The translations under genes were made by a program, and so were the position numbers. From Candidatus Bathyarchaeota archaeon (GTDB lineage: Archaea > Thermoproteota > Bathyarchaeia > Bathyarchaeales > Bathyarchaeaceae), in NCBI GenBank assembly GCA_963697165.1, contig CAVOMX010000011.1, positions 139,524 through 203,523 of the forward strand: 64,000 nucleotides of DNA, read 5' to 3'. This document shows, piece by piece, positions 1 through 9,143 of the stretch (position 1 is its first letter; every line of letters begins with the position of its first letter). The notes under the pieces are model-generated. The model was not told the DNA's origin. It did no database searches and saw nothing but the letters and a program-made list of their open reading frames with translations.

Positions 1-294
1 TTGGTTCAGTTATTAGCCACATTTAACGAGGCGTATGGTTCGCTTCATTATGCGGTGGCTGTGCCTCACTTTGTAATGTTGAGCATCACTTCCATCGCGT
101 ATACCTTAGAAAAAAGGTCAACTTTTGCTCTTGTCACCTTTCTAATTGTCATGTTCTCGTGGTTACTTTATGCATTAAACATATTCAACATTGGAATTGC
201 TGTTCCAGAAATGGTGTCAAAACTTGTTGTCTTATGGATAATGTACTCTGCCATCAGAATCTACTTTGGCAAAGAATCTGTTAGTACATTGTGA
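1..294 (+). CDS. Membrane protein, 5' end outside the window
   Basis: ORF open from the window edge with three hydrophobic segments. Confidence 0.6.
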   Translation: MVQLLATFNEAYGSLHYAVAVPHFVMLSITSIAYTLEKRSTFALVTFLIVMFSWLLYALNIFNIGIAVPEMVSKLVVLWIMYSAIRIYFGKESVSTL

Positions 295-784
295 TACTTC
301 TGGTTCCAGGAAGTCTTCTTATCTTTCCGATCAGCTCTGACGGAATATCTCCTTCAAGGATTAGTGTTAATTTGGGGTGCTCACTTATGCTCGGGTCCTC
401 TGCCAGCGCCTGCCTTATGCTAAGTCCATTCTCTGACACAATCTTTGTAACATCGGCTATTATGCCTGTCTGGCTGGCATTTTCAGGAACAAAAACAATA
501 ACGCTCAGGTTAAATTCACGAGCGACCTCCTGCAGCGAACACACTTGTCTAAGATTCATGTAGATTCTTTTCAGTTCGTTCTTTGAGAGTATTGTTTGAA
601 CGGTGCTGTCGACGGCTCGGCGTTCAACACCCACTTCCTTTCCGATTTGGGTGTGCGGTATCTCTATTCCTCCGCTGACGACTTTACCGTCTTCTCTGAC
701 TTGGAATCCTCTATCGAACAAGAGCTGTGCAACACGTTGTTGGGCTGGAAAATCCTTGAAGAAATCCTTGATTCGACTCCACAT
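281..784 (-). CDS. ACT-domain putative regulator of amino acid metabolism (COG2150-like)
   Basis: MWSRIKDFFKDFPAQQRVA start, IPHTQIGKEVGVERRAV HTH-like segment, C-terminal ACT-like GIIADVTKIVSENGLSIRQ; divergent from trpB2. Confidence 0.8.
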   Translation of the reverse strand: MWSRIKDFFKDFPAQQRVAQLLFDRGFQVREDGKVVSGGIEIPHTQIGKEVGVERRAVDSTVQTILSKNELKRIYMNLRQVCSLQEVAREFNLSVIVFVPENASQTGIIADVTKIVSENGLSIRQALAEDPSISEHPKLTLILEGDIPSELIGKIRRLPGTRSITMY

Positions 785-886
785 ATGAAACCATCTCAAG
801 GTACACTGTTGTTCGGCAAAGCTTATATAAATGCTTCAGGGTAAAAAAAGTTTATTCTCAAATCCGATAAAAGAAAGTGATTATTA

Positions 887-2278
887 ATGGCATCTAAAAA
901 GATATTGTTAGACGAAGAGGAAATACCAAAACAGTGGTACAACATTTTACCCGATCTTCCCAAAGAATTGCCGCCCATGATTCATCCAGGAACAAGGGAA
1001 CCCGTGAAGCTTCCGCCTCCGTTGTTTGCACTTGAGTGCCTCAAACAGGAGTACAGCATGGAACGTTGGATAGACATACCTGAACCAGTTCGTGAGGCGT
1101 ATCGAATCTGGAGACCTAGCCCACTATTCAGGGCAACTGGTCTAGAGAAGGCGTTGAAGACTCCAGCCAAAATTTACTATAAGTACGAGGGAGTTAGCCC
1201 TGCAGGAAGCCACAAGACAAACACTGCTGTAGCCCAAGCATATTACGCTGCAAAAGAGGGACTAGAACGAGTGACAACCGAAACTGGTGCAGGACAGTGG
1301 GGTTCCGCTTTGTCCTTTAGCAGCCAGTTGTTTGGAATTGACGCTACGGTTTACATGGTAAGTGCAAGCTATCACCAGAAACCATACAGAAAAGTTATGA
1401 TGGAAACTTGGGGCGCCGAAGTCTTTCCAAGCCCAACGAACAGAACGAAAAGCGGCAGAGCAGTTTTGGAGACTGACCCAAACAGCACAGGAAGTCTTGG
1501 AATAGCCATCAGCGAAGCAGTTGAAGAAGCCCTCACTACTGATAACGTAAAATATACTATAGGAAGCGTCGTTAACCACGTTCTGCTGCATCAAACTGTT
1601 ATCGGTCTTGAAACTCAGAAGCAGTTGGCGATGGTGGATGAGTATCCTGACCAGATTATCGGCTGTATAGGTGGAGGGAGCAGTTTCTCAGGACTTTTCT
1701 GGCCATACTACCACGACAAAGTCAAAGGTAAAGCCCAGAAGGAAACAGAGTTTATCGCAGTTGAGTCTTCGGCATGTCCGAAGGTTACGAAAGGATACTA
1801 CACCTATGATCACGGAGACACAGCAAAAATAATACCGTTAGTCAAAATGCATACAGTAGGTCACACTTTCATACCTGCACCAATCCACGCGGGAGGATTA
1901 CGGTATCATGGAATGGCTCCAACTGTCAGTCTGCTAAAAGATGAAGGCGTCATTCAATCTAGAGCATACAACCAGCTTGTAACCTTTGAAGCGGCAAAAC
2001 TGTTCACCCAAACTGAGGGAATAATTCCAGCTCCTGAACCATCACACGCGATAAAAGCGGCGATTGACGAAGCAGTCAAGTGCAAAGAAACTGGCGAAGA
2101 AAAAACAATAGTGTTCCTGTTGTGCGGTCACGGACACTTCGACATGCAAGCATACGACGATTACAACCATGGCAGAATACTTCCATATGAGTACCCCAAA
2201 GCAAAAGTCGACGAAGCTATGAAGAAACTCAAGGCTCTCTACCCGTGGCTCAACAACGAACTATGTAACATCGACTAA
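887..2278 (+). CDS. trpB2: TrpB2-type tryptophan synthase beta subunit (PLP enzyme)
   Basis: [16 protein letters not shown] (PLP Lys), [24 protein letters not shown]. Confidence 0.93.
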   Translation: MASKKILLDEEEIPKQWYNILPDLPKELPPMIHPGTREPVKLPPPLFALECLKQEYSMERWIDIPEPVREAYRIWRPSPLFRATGLEKALKTPAKIYYKYEGVSPAGSHKTNTAVAQAYYAAKEGLERVTTETGAGQWGSALSFSSQLFGIDATVYMVSASYHQKPYRKVMMETWGAEVFPSPTNRTKSGRAVLETDPNSTGSLGIAISEAVEEALTTDNVKYTIGSVVNHVLLHQTVIGLETQKQLAMVDEYPDQIIGCIGGGSSFSGLFWPYYHDKVKGKAQKETEFIAVESSACPKVTKGYYTYDHGDTAKIIPLVKMHTVGHTFIPAPIHAGGLRYHGMAPTVSLLKDEGVIQSRAYNQLVTFEAAKLFTQTEGIIPAPEPSHAIKAAIDEAVKCKETGEEKTIVFLLCGHGHFDMQAYDDYNHGRILPYEYPKAKVDEAMKKLKALYPWLNNELCNID

Positions 2279-2472
2279 AACAAAAACAAATCCCCCTCTC
2301 CTTTTCTTCTTTTTTGTTACTTAAACTTTAAACTTGCAGCGGGTAGCCTGGCAATTTTTTGCTGATATTTCAGCGGTTTAGCGGTAGCAGAAAACCTGTT
2401 TCAGGTTTTGGTTTCTTGTTTTTTCATTACCTTAAAGTAACGGCTAGCCTCAGTAAATATGGGGAGCTAAAG

Positions 2473-4590
2473 TTGGTTAAAGTTTCTAAGATCACCAAAA
2501 GGGATGGGCGGATAGTAGGTTTTGATGAAACCAAGATAGCTGATGCCATATTTAAGGCGTTAAATGCTGTGGAGAAGGGAGATGAAAACTTAGCGAAAGA
2601 GCTTACGGTTGAGGTTGTGGGGCTCCTAAACGAAGGTTTTAAAGAGCAGATTCCCAGCGTCGAAAACATTCAGGACATAGTTGAGGAGGTTCTCATCAGA
2701 AACGGTTACGCTGAGGTAGCAAAAGCATACATCTTGTATCGTCAAAAACGTGCAGAAATCCGAGAGTGTAAACAGTTCTTTGGAGTTGTTGATGATTTAA
2801 AGCTGGGAGTCAACGCAATACATGTGCTGAAAAACAGGTACCTCATGAAAGACAAAGATGGCAAAGTCACTGAGACTCCCCGCCAAATGTTTCGCAGAGT
2901 CGCCAAAGCAGTAGCCAAAGCAGACATTCTCTATGACAAAAACGCTGAGGTTGAACAGACTGAAGAAACATTTTACCAAGTTATGGTTGACAGACTTTTT
3001 CTACCTAACTCTCCGACCCTCATGAATGCAGGCACCAGACTGGGGCAGCTTTCCGCCTGTTTCGTCTTGCCTGTCGAGGATTCGATTGAGGGTATATTCA
3101 CTACCCTGAAGTACATGGCGATAATTCATCAGTCAGGTGGAGGAACAGGCTTCTCTTTCTCTAAGCTACGACCTGCAGGAGATATAGTGGGCTCAACCAA
3201 GGGCGTAGCCTCTGGTCCAGTCTCGTTTATGACAATCTATGACGCTGCAACAAACGTCATTAAGCAGGGAGGACGAAGAAGAGGAGCTAACATGGCAATT
3301 TTGGATGTGACCCATCCCGACATTTTACGGTTTATTGAAGCAAAGTCCCAAGAAGGAATCTTGACGAACTTTAACATTTCAGTCGCAGTTACGGACAAGT
3401 TTATGGATGCAGTGGAGAACAATGCAGAATATGATCTGATAAATCCTCGAAGCGGAAAGGCTGAAAAGAAACTACGGGCTCGTCACGTTTTTGATTTGTT
3501 GGTCGCCAATGCTTGGAGAACAGGAGACCCCGGTCTTGTATTCATTGATGAGATAAATAGGCATAATCCAACTCCGCAGGTGGGAAAGATATTGAGCACA
3601 AACCCGTGTGGAGAACAACCCCTTCTGCCCTTCGAATCATGCAATCTGGGTTCTATCAACTTGGCCATGATGGTGAAGGACAGTGATGTGGACTGGGAGA
3701 AGCTGAAGCGTGTCGTTGGAATTGCGGTTCATTTTTTGGATAACGTTATTGACGTTAACAGGTATCCTGTGCCGGAAATCGGGGCGCTCACTAGGGCTAA
3801 CAGAAAAATTGGTTTGGGCGTAATGGGCTTTGCGGACATGCTCATTATGCTGGGTATTCCTTACGATTCGGAGGAAGCGTTAGCCCTAGCAGAAAAGGTA
3901 ATGAAATTCATCAGTGACGAGGCTACGAAGAAATCTGTTGAGACTGGCGAGAAACGTGGAGCTTTCCTCAATTTTAGAGGTAGCCTCTGGGAAAAGAAAG
4001 ACTACAAGACAATCCGCAACTCTACGGTCACAACAGTTGCACCCACTGGAACCATAAGCATAATTGCTGGTTGCTCCGGAGGAATAGAGCCAATCTTCGC
4101 CGTGGCTTTTGTTCGAAACGTTATGGATGGCTCAAGGCTGCTGGAGATTCAGCCAACATTTGAAAAGCTGACAAAGCAGAGAGACTTTAGCCGCAGGGAC
4201 TTGATTTTGGATGTCGCAAAAACTGGTTCCATACAGAAAATGGAAGATGTTCCAGAGGATACGCGAAGAATCTTTGTTACATCTTTGGATATTGACCCCA
4301 AGTGGCATGTGCGGATGCAGGCGGCGTTCCAGAAGTATGTTGATAATGCGGTGTCCAAGACGGTTAACCTTCCGTCCTACGCTACCATGGAGGATGTTAG
4401 GCGGGTGTATCTGCTGGCTTACAAGCTGAAGTGTAAAGGCATAACAGTTTATCGTTACGGAAGCAAGACAGAGCAGGTTCTAAATGTTGGTCCAATGTTA
4501 ACCAAAGAATTGGCTACCGAGAAGCATATGAACTCAGACTCCGAGTATGCAGGCGACTGCCCTCGATGTACACCCTCTCTAGCGTTTTAG
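2473..4590 (+). CDS. nrdJ: Adenosylcobalamin-dependent (class II) ribonucleotide reductase with N-terminal ATP cone
   Basis: ITKRDGR ATP cone, PNSPTLMNAG, SACFV, TNPCGEQ, CNLGSINL, APTGTIS, C-terminal CPRC; TTG start after GGGGAG. Confidence 0.92.
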   Translation: MVKVSKITKRDGRIVGFDETKIADAIFKALNAVEKGDENLAKELTVEVVGLLNEGFKEQIPSVENIQDIVEEVLIRNGYAEVAKAYILYRQKRAEIRECKQFFGVVDDLKLGVNAIHVLKNRYLMKDKDGKVTETPRQMFRRVAKAVAKADILYDKNAEVEQTEETFYQVMVDRLFLPNSPTLMNAGTRLGQLSACFVLPVEDSIEGIFTTLKYMAIIHQSGGGTGFSFSKLRPAGDIVGSTKGVASGPVSFMTIYDAATNVIKQGGRRRGANMAILDVTHPDILRFIEAKSQEGILTNFNISVAVTDKFMDAVENNAEYDLINPRSGKAEKKLRARHVFDLLVANAWRTGDPGLVFIDEINRHNPTPQVGKILSTNPCGEQPLLPFESCNLGSINLAMMVKDSDVDWEKLKRVVGIAVHFLDNVIDVNRYPVPEIGALTRANRKIGLGVMGFADMLIMLGIPYDSEEALALAEKVMKFISDEATKKSVETGEKRGAFLNFRGSLWEKKDYKTIRNSTVTTVAPTGTISIIAGCSGGIEPIFAVAFVRNVMDGSRLLEIQPTFEKLTKQRDFSRRDLILDVAKTGSIQKMEDVPEDTRRIFVTSLDIDPKWHVRMQAAFQKYVDNAVSKTVNLPSYATMEDVRRVYLLAYKLKCKGITVYRYGSKTEQVLNVGPMLTKELATEKHMNSDSEYAGDCPRCTPSLAF

Positions 4591-4684
4591 ATGACAGTTT
4601 GTTCCTAACAGTAATGACAGAAGTATTTTTAGATAATCACTGCAAATGATTAATAAACCCAAAACGTGCCCTTAGTCTAAACGG

Positions 4685-5230
4685 TTGGTGTTCAAGATTT
4701 ACTGCACGAAATGCGGCGAAAAACTGCCTGAAGACTCAAAGTTTTGCACCAAATGTGGAACCCCAGTAACGACTGAAGCAAAATCAGAGAGCACAGTTGT
4801 TGAAAGGTTTGAAAAAGATACACAACTGCAGGAACACTGGATAAAAAGATTAATTGCATATGTCATCGATTACATAATTGTGAGCATCGCAACTGGAATT
4901 TTGCTTGCCATTGCACAATTGCCGTTCTTTATACTAAATCCTTTAGGGTGGGTTAACCAATTTAGTTTCCAATTTGCCATAGGCGTACTCGCTGTTATTT
5001 ATTTCATTATCGCAGAGACCGTTTATGGTACCACAATTGGTAAGAATTTAATGGGTCTCAAAGTTGTTACAACATCCGATGAAAAGATAAGCATTGAAAA
5101 AGCGTTTATACGAAACATAAGCAAAATCCATCCAGTCCTACCTATTTTGGACGTAGTCGGCGGCGTAATAACTTCAACAGACCTTCACCAAAAGTACAGC
5201 GATCGAATAGCAAACACCACAGTTATTTAG
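4685..5230 (+). CDS. Zinc-ribbon plus RDD-family membrane protein
   Basis: CTKCG...FCTKCG; RLIAYVID, TIGKNLMGLKV, DRIANT. Confidence 0.85.
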   Translation: MVFKIYCTKCGEKLPEDSKFCTKCGTPVTTEAKSESTVVERFEKDTQLQEHWIKRLIAYVIDYIIVSIATGILLAIAQLPFFILNPLGWVNQFSFQFAIGVLAVIYFIIAETVYGTTIGKNLMGLKVVTTSDEKISIEKAFIRNISKIHPVLPILDVVGGVITSTDLHQKYSDRIANTTVI

Positions 5231-5286
5231 ATCACAGATTCTGTCAAAACATAGGTTGTCTGGAAACCTAACATTTAAGCAAATAG

Positions 5287-5766
5287 TTAGATTTTTGAAA
5301 CCGCTATAACTGCTGCTCTTGCAATCAGGGAAACGCCGACAATTATTATTAGCGTGGACCAAAAGACGAACCATTGCGTGTTTTCGATAAGGAATAACTG
5401 GATTAGAAAGGCTGCTCCTGTCCAGTAAACAAAGTTACCCACGGTTTCTGATCTTTTTTCCCATGACGAAGGAATAACGAATCGTAATGCCAAGATGAAG
5501 ATTTGGAATACAGCCAATGCTATGCTGAATTGTCCAACAGCCTGATAGACTGTCAAGTGTTGAAACGGAAACTCTGGTCCAATGAATGCCACGTCCGTGT
5601 GGGGGACATTAATCAGACCAAAACTTTTTAAGAAGTCCAGAATCTTGTCAAAAAGGTTAGGTGTGATTACAAAAATTGTTCCCACAAGAAGCAGGAAAAA
5701 TCCGACAGAAATGGCGGTAAAGACTCCCTCTGGATATTTGCGGTGTGTCTCATTGTTTTCGTTCAA
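5287..5766 (-). CDS. Hypothetical multi-pass membrane protein
   Basis: About 4 hydrophobic helices; GAGGTG SD before TTG. Confidence 0.7.
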   Translation of the reverse strand: MNENNETHRKYPEGVFTAISVGFFLLLVGTIFVITPNLFDKILDFLKSFGLINVPHTDVAFIGPEFPFQHLTVYQAVGQFSIALAVFQIFILALRFVIPSSWEKRSETVGNFVYWTGAAFLIQLFLIENTQWFVFWSTLIIIVGVSLIARAAVIAVSKI

Positions 5767-5898
5767 ACAATTCCACCTCACTTATTGTTTTCTTACTGTA
5801 AGCGCTTATAATATTTCTCTATGAATAATTATAGGGTATATGTTTTAAATACTCATCATTGAAATAATAAATGGTTAGATTTGTGAAAGGTGAAAGTT

Positions 5899-6306
5899 AT
5901 GACTTACTGTCATAAGTGTGGCTCAGAAGTCAAGGAAGAAAATTCATTTTGCTCCCAGTGCGGCGCCGCTCTGAAGGCTGGAGAACCTAGACCATCTATT
6001 GCGCCTGAACGTTACAGAAGCGAAAAGGCAGAAAAACAGGAAAAAAATGAGAAACATGAAAAAGACGAAAAGATGGAGAAAGGCGGACAACAAGAAAAAT
6101 ATGAGAAGAAAGAGTTCGGCGTTTTAGGTCCACTAATCGGCGGAGTTATCCTGATACTAGTTGGCTTTATGCTGTATCTTTCAGTGTCTGGAATTCTTAA
6201 CATGAGTTCCATCTTTCCCATATTCTTAATCATAATTGGCGCAATCGTTATACTAGGCGTTGCAATAGGCGCAGTTATGGCTAAGAGAAAGAATCCGAGA
6301 CCCTAA
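5899..6306 (+). CDS. Zinc-ribbon protein with EK-rich linker and two C-terminal TM helices
   Basis: YCHKCG...FCSQCG, EKQEKNEKHEKDEK repeats; GGTGA SD. Confidence 0.8.
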   Translation: MTYCHKCGSEVKEENSFCSQCGAALKAGEPRPSIAPERYRSEKAEKQEKNEKHEKDEKMEKGGQQEKYEKKEFGVLGPLIGGVILILVGFMLYLSVSGILNMSSIFPIFLIIIGAIVILGVAIGAVMAKRKNPRP

Positions 6307-6372
6307 AAGTTCATGCAGCATTTTCCTTTGAACTAAACGTGCCATATGCTCTTGTTTGTCGATGGGACAGCA

Positions 6373-7497
6373 ATGATTGGCGTAGACATCCTAAAACACA
6401 TTGTTAATCCTTGGCTTGAAGCCTTAAAGAATCCTGCAGAGGCACAGCAGCAAGTCCTAGAGAAACTGCTTGAAGGCTACGCCAAAACAGGTTACGGAAA
6501 AACCCATTATGCTAACGAAACCAAAGACGGTTCTATGTTTTGCGCAAACTTTCCAACAATCAACTATGCTGGTCTAAGTCCATATCTTGAAGAAGTTAAA
6601 GCAGGAAACTACTCTGCCATACTGTCTGAGCCGCCATTATGCTGGGTTATGACCAGAGGCTCCACAGGCAATTCCAAGGTTCTTCCAGTTACCAAGACCC
6701 ATATTGAACAGATTTTTTATTGTGGAGCACGAGCAATAACAAACTATGCCCTCAGAATGAACAGCATGGATGTTCTGTCGGGAAAGATACTGAACCTTAA
6801 TTTTCCGTCTACAGTAACCACCACAGATGCTGGTGGACAAACGATCACTTATGGATACAGCTCAGGAACCTACGCGAAACTAAATCCAATGCTTAATCAG
6901 GTTAGCCTTCTACCCAGACAGGAGGAAATAGATGCGTTGGGCTCAGGCATCAGCAGACTTGATTGGGAGAAACGGTTCGAGCTGGTTTATCAGTCTGCCC
7001 TGAATCAGCCTGTGGTGGCCGTTATTGGCGTAACGCCTGTGATTCTTTCTTTTGCCCGATACATTAAGCGAAGACATGGAAAACAGCCTAAAGACCTGTG
7101 GAACTTTAAGGGGCTCATCTGCACCAGCGTGAGAAAGATCCAGTTCAAGTATGGACCTGTTCTCAGGAAACATTTCGGTGAAGTTCCGATAGTTGAGATG
7201 TACAGCGCCACCGAGGGAGCGTTTGCACAGCAGCTTGACGATTTGCCGTATGTTTCTCCAAATTATGATACTTACTATTTTGAGGTTGAGACCAGCAAAG
7301 ACACCAAGATGCTCCACGAACTAAAACGGGGCGAATGGGGGCGGCTCATAATATCGTCTTGCCTGTTTCCCAGATATGATATAGGCGATATGATTGAAGC
7401 TATGGGAAAAAACTATTTCCGCATATTCGGAAGAGCCAAACCACTAACAATCCTTGAGCACAAGCTATATAGGCTATTTTTTAGCGGATTCCTCTAA
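6373..7497 (+). CDS. GH3-family adenylate-forming enzyme, short form
   Basis: AQQQVLEKLL, TRGSTGNSK, YSATEG, RYDIGD, FGR. Confidence 0.8.
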   Translation: MIGVDILKHIVNPWLEALKNPAEAQQQVLEKLLEGYAKTGYGKTHYANETKDGSMFCANFPTINYAGLSPYLEEVKAGNYSAILSEPPLCWVMTRGSTGNSKVLPVTKTHIEQIFYCGARAITNYALRMNSMDVLSGKILNLNFPSTVTTTDAGGQTITYGYSSGTYAKLNPMLNQVSLLPRQEEIDALGSGISRLDWEKRFELVYQSALNQPVVAVIGVTPVILSFARYIKRRHGKQPKDLWNFKGLICTSVRKIQFKYGPVLRKHFGEVPIVEMYSATEGAFAQQLDDLPYVSPNYDTYYFEVETSKDTKMLHELKRGEWGRLIISSCLFPRYDIGDMIEAMGKNYFRIFGRAKPLTILEHKLYRLFFSGFL

Positions 7498-7761
7498 ACA
7501 TTAGGTTGTAATGAATAATGGTCTACGAAGGATGAGTCAAGTGGATACAATATTGCAAGAAATAAGCTTGTTTTCAACAATCAACTGTTCTTAGTCTCCA
7601 AATCCATTTTTTTCCTACTATTAGTAAATAGCTATTTTTGACATAACCACTGATTTTGGGTTTGGAGCTAAAATCTAAGGGGTACGTATTATTTGCAGAA
7701 TCGATAGTAAACATTTTTATTCAACAATGGAACCTGAATATTTATTATATCAGGGGAATCA

Positions 7762-7932
7762 ATTGCCCAAATCATCGGAATCGTAATACTTTCCGTGTTG
7801 ATGCTAATATTCAGCTTTGTCTTTTACGAACGCGGTGAAGGAAATATATCACTCATTCTGTTGTTCGCAAGCATAGCTCTGGCATTTATTTTAGTATTCT
7901 ACCACTTTGGTTCAAAAAAACCATCAAACTAA
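7762..7932 (+). CDS. Small two-TM membrane protein, missing from the ORF track (start uncertain)
   Basis: Read by hand: IAQIIGIVILSVLMLIFSFVFYERGEGNISLILLFASIALAFILVFYHFGSKKPSN*, preceded by GGGGA. Confidence 0.45.
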   Translation: MAQIIGIVILSVLMLIFSFVFYERGEGNISLILLFASIALAFILVFYHFGSKKPSN

Positions 7933-8066
7933 GAATACATTTTTAGCAATCAGCTAAAAATGCGCTAAGTATTAGCCATTCGATTTTTACTTCTAATTGT
8001 TTTTTTTGGTAATTTATATAACAGTCTAACGTGAAGAAGTATCTGGAGTTTGTGGAGAGGTCGCTT

Positions 8067-8975
8067 GTGCATTTGCTTACTCTTAGAAATTGGTCTTCAA
8101 AAGAGATTGAAGATATTGTTGATTGTTCGTTGAAGGTCAAGAAGAGTCCTGTGGATTACGAGTTTGTTTTGGAGGACAATTCTTTGGCGATGATCTTTCA
8201 GAAGACGTCAACTCGGACTAGGCTCTCGTTTGAGGTGGCTATGACCCAGCTTGGTGGGCACTCCATCTACATGGATTGGATGACAACGAATCTAGTTTTG
8301 GCTGATCTTGGGGATGAAATGCGGTCTATTTCGGGTTATGTTGACGCGATTATGGCACGTGTTTTGCGGAATTCTGAGTTGCGGGCTATGGCTGAGGCTT
8401 CCAGTGTTCCTGTAATAAATGGATGCGACGAAAAGTATCATCCTTGCCAGATTATCGCCGACTTGGTGACCATCAAAGAGAAGAAGGGAAAGCTGAAGGG
8501 GCTTAAGCTTGCATACATTGGAGTGCACAATAACATTTGCAACTCATTGATTGAGGGTTGCACCAGAACAGGAATGAAGATAGTAACTGTTACGCCCGTT
8601 GTGAATGAGGCTTCTGTTGATGAGGAGCTACTGGAGGCAGCGAAAGCCACGGGCTTGTATGAAAATTCTATTGATGTTAAAGCAGCTGTTGAGGACTCTG
8701 ACGTGGTTTACACGGATACGTGGGTGGATATGGAGTTTTTCTTGGACGAGAAGTTCAAGAAGGAGAAGGAGAAACGAGTTAAGCTGATGCTTCCTTATCA
8801 GGTAAACAGGAAACTTTTGGGAAAGACTGATGCTCTGATAATGCATGATATGCCAATCCACAGAGGCTACGAAATAGCCGACGACATCATTAATGACCCC
8901 AACTCGGTAATCTACATCCAAAGCGAAAACAGGCTACACTCAGCAAAAGCGATACTCCTAAAACTTTTAGGGTAA
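8067..8975 (+). CDS. argF: Ornithine carbamoyltransferase
   Basis: STRTR, HPCQ, YTDTWVDM, HDMP, QSENRLH. Confidence 0.92.
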   Translation: MHLLTLRNWSSKEIEDIVDCSLKVKKSPVDYEFVLEDNSLAMIFQKTSTRTRLSFEVAMTQLGGHSIYMDWMTTNLVLADLGDEMRSISGYVDAIMARVLRNSELRAMAEASSVPVINGCDEKYHPCQIIADLVTIKEKKGKLKGLKLAYIGVHNNICNSLIEGCTRTGMKIVTVTPVVNEASVDEELLEAAKATGLYENSIDVKAAVEDSDVVYTDTWVDMEFFLDEKFKKEKEKRVKLMLPYQVNRKLLGKTDALIMHDMPIHRGYEIADDIINDPNSVIYIQSENRLHSAKAILLKLLG

Positions 8976-9020
8976 ACTCTGCTTGTTTAGTCAGATTAGA
9001 GCCTTTGGGTGGAATGTTCT

Positions 9021-9110
9021 ATGCCAATCATCCCAGAGTTTCCATCATAGATAAGACTGCCACTACTCTTGACAGCAACCCTAGTAACCATATCTACAGA
9101 AAGAAACTGA
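9021..9110 (+). pseudogene. Remnant of a PEF-CTERM-like sorting signal
   Basis: Reads IIPEFPS*IRLPLLLTATLVTI, then a shifted YRKKL; no upstream gene body. Confidence 0.55.
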
Positions 9111-9143
9111 CAGAAAAAAGGGCATTTGAATATTTAACGAAGA

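Noticed and set aside
2473..4590. Intein or intron in nrdJ
   Set aside because: The length is normal and the catalytic motifs are contiguous, with no splicing motifs.
6020..6112. GAAAAA-type periodic repeats as a CRISPR or tandem array
   Set aside because: They encode the EK-rich linker; there is no repeat-spacer structure.
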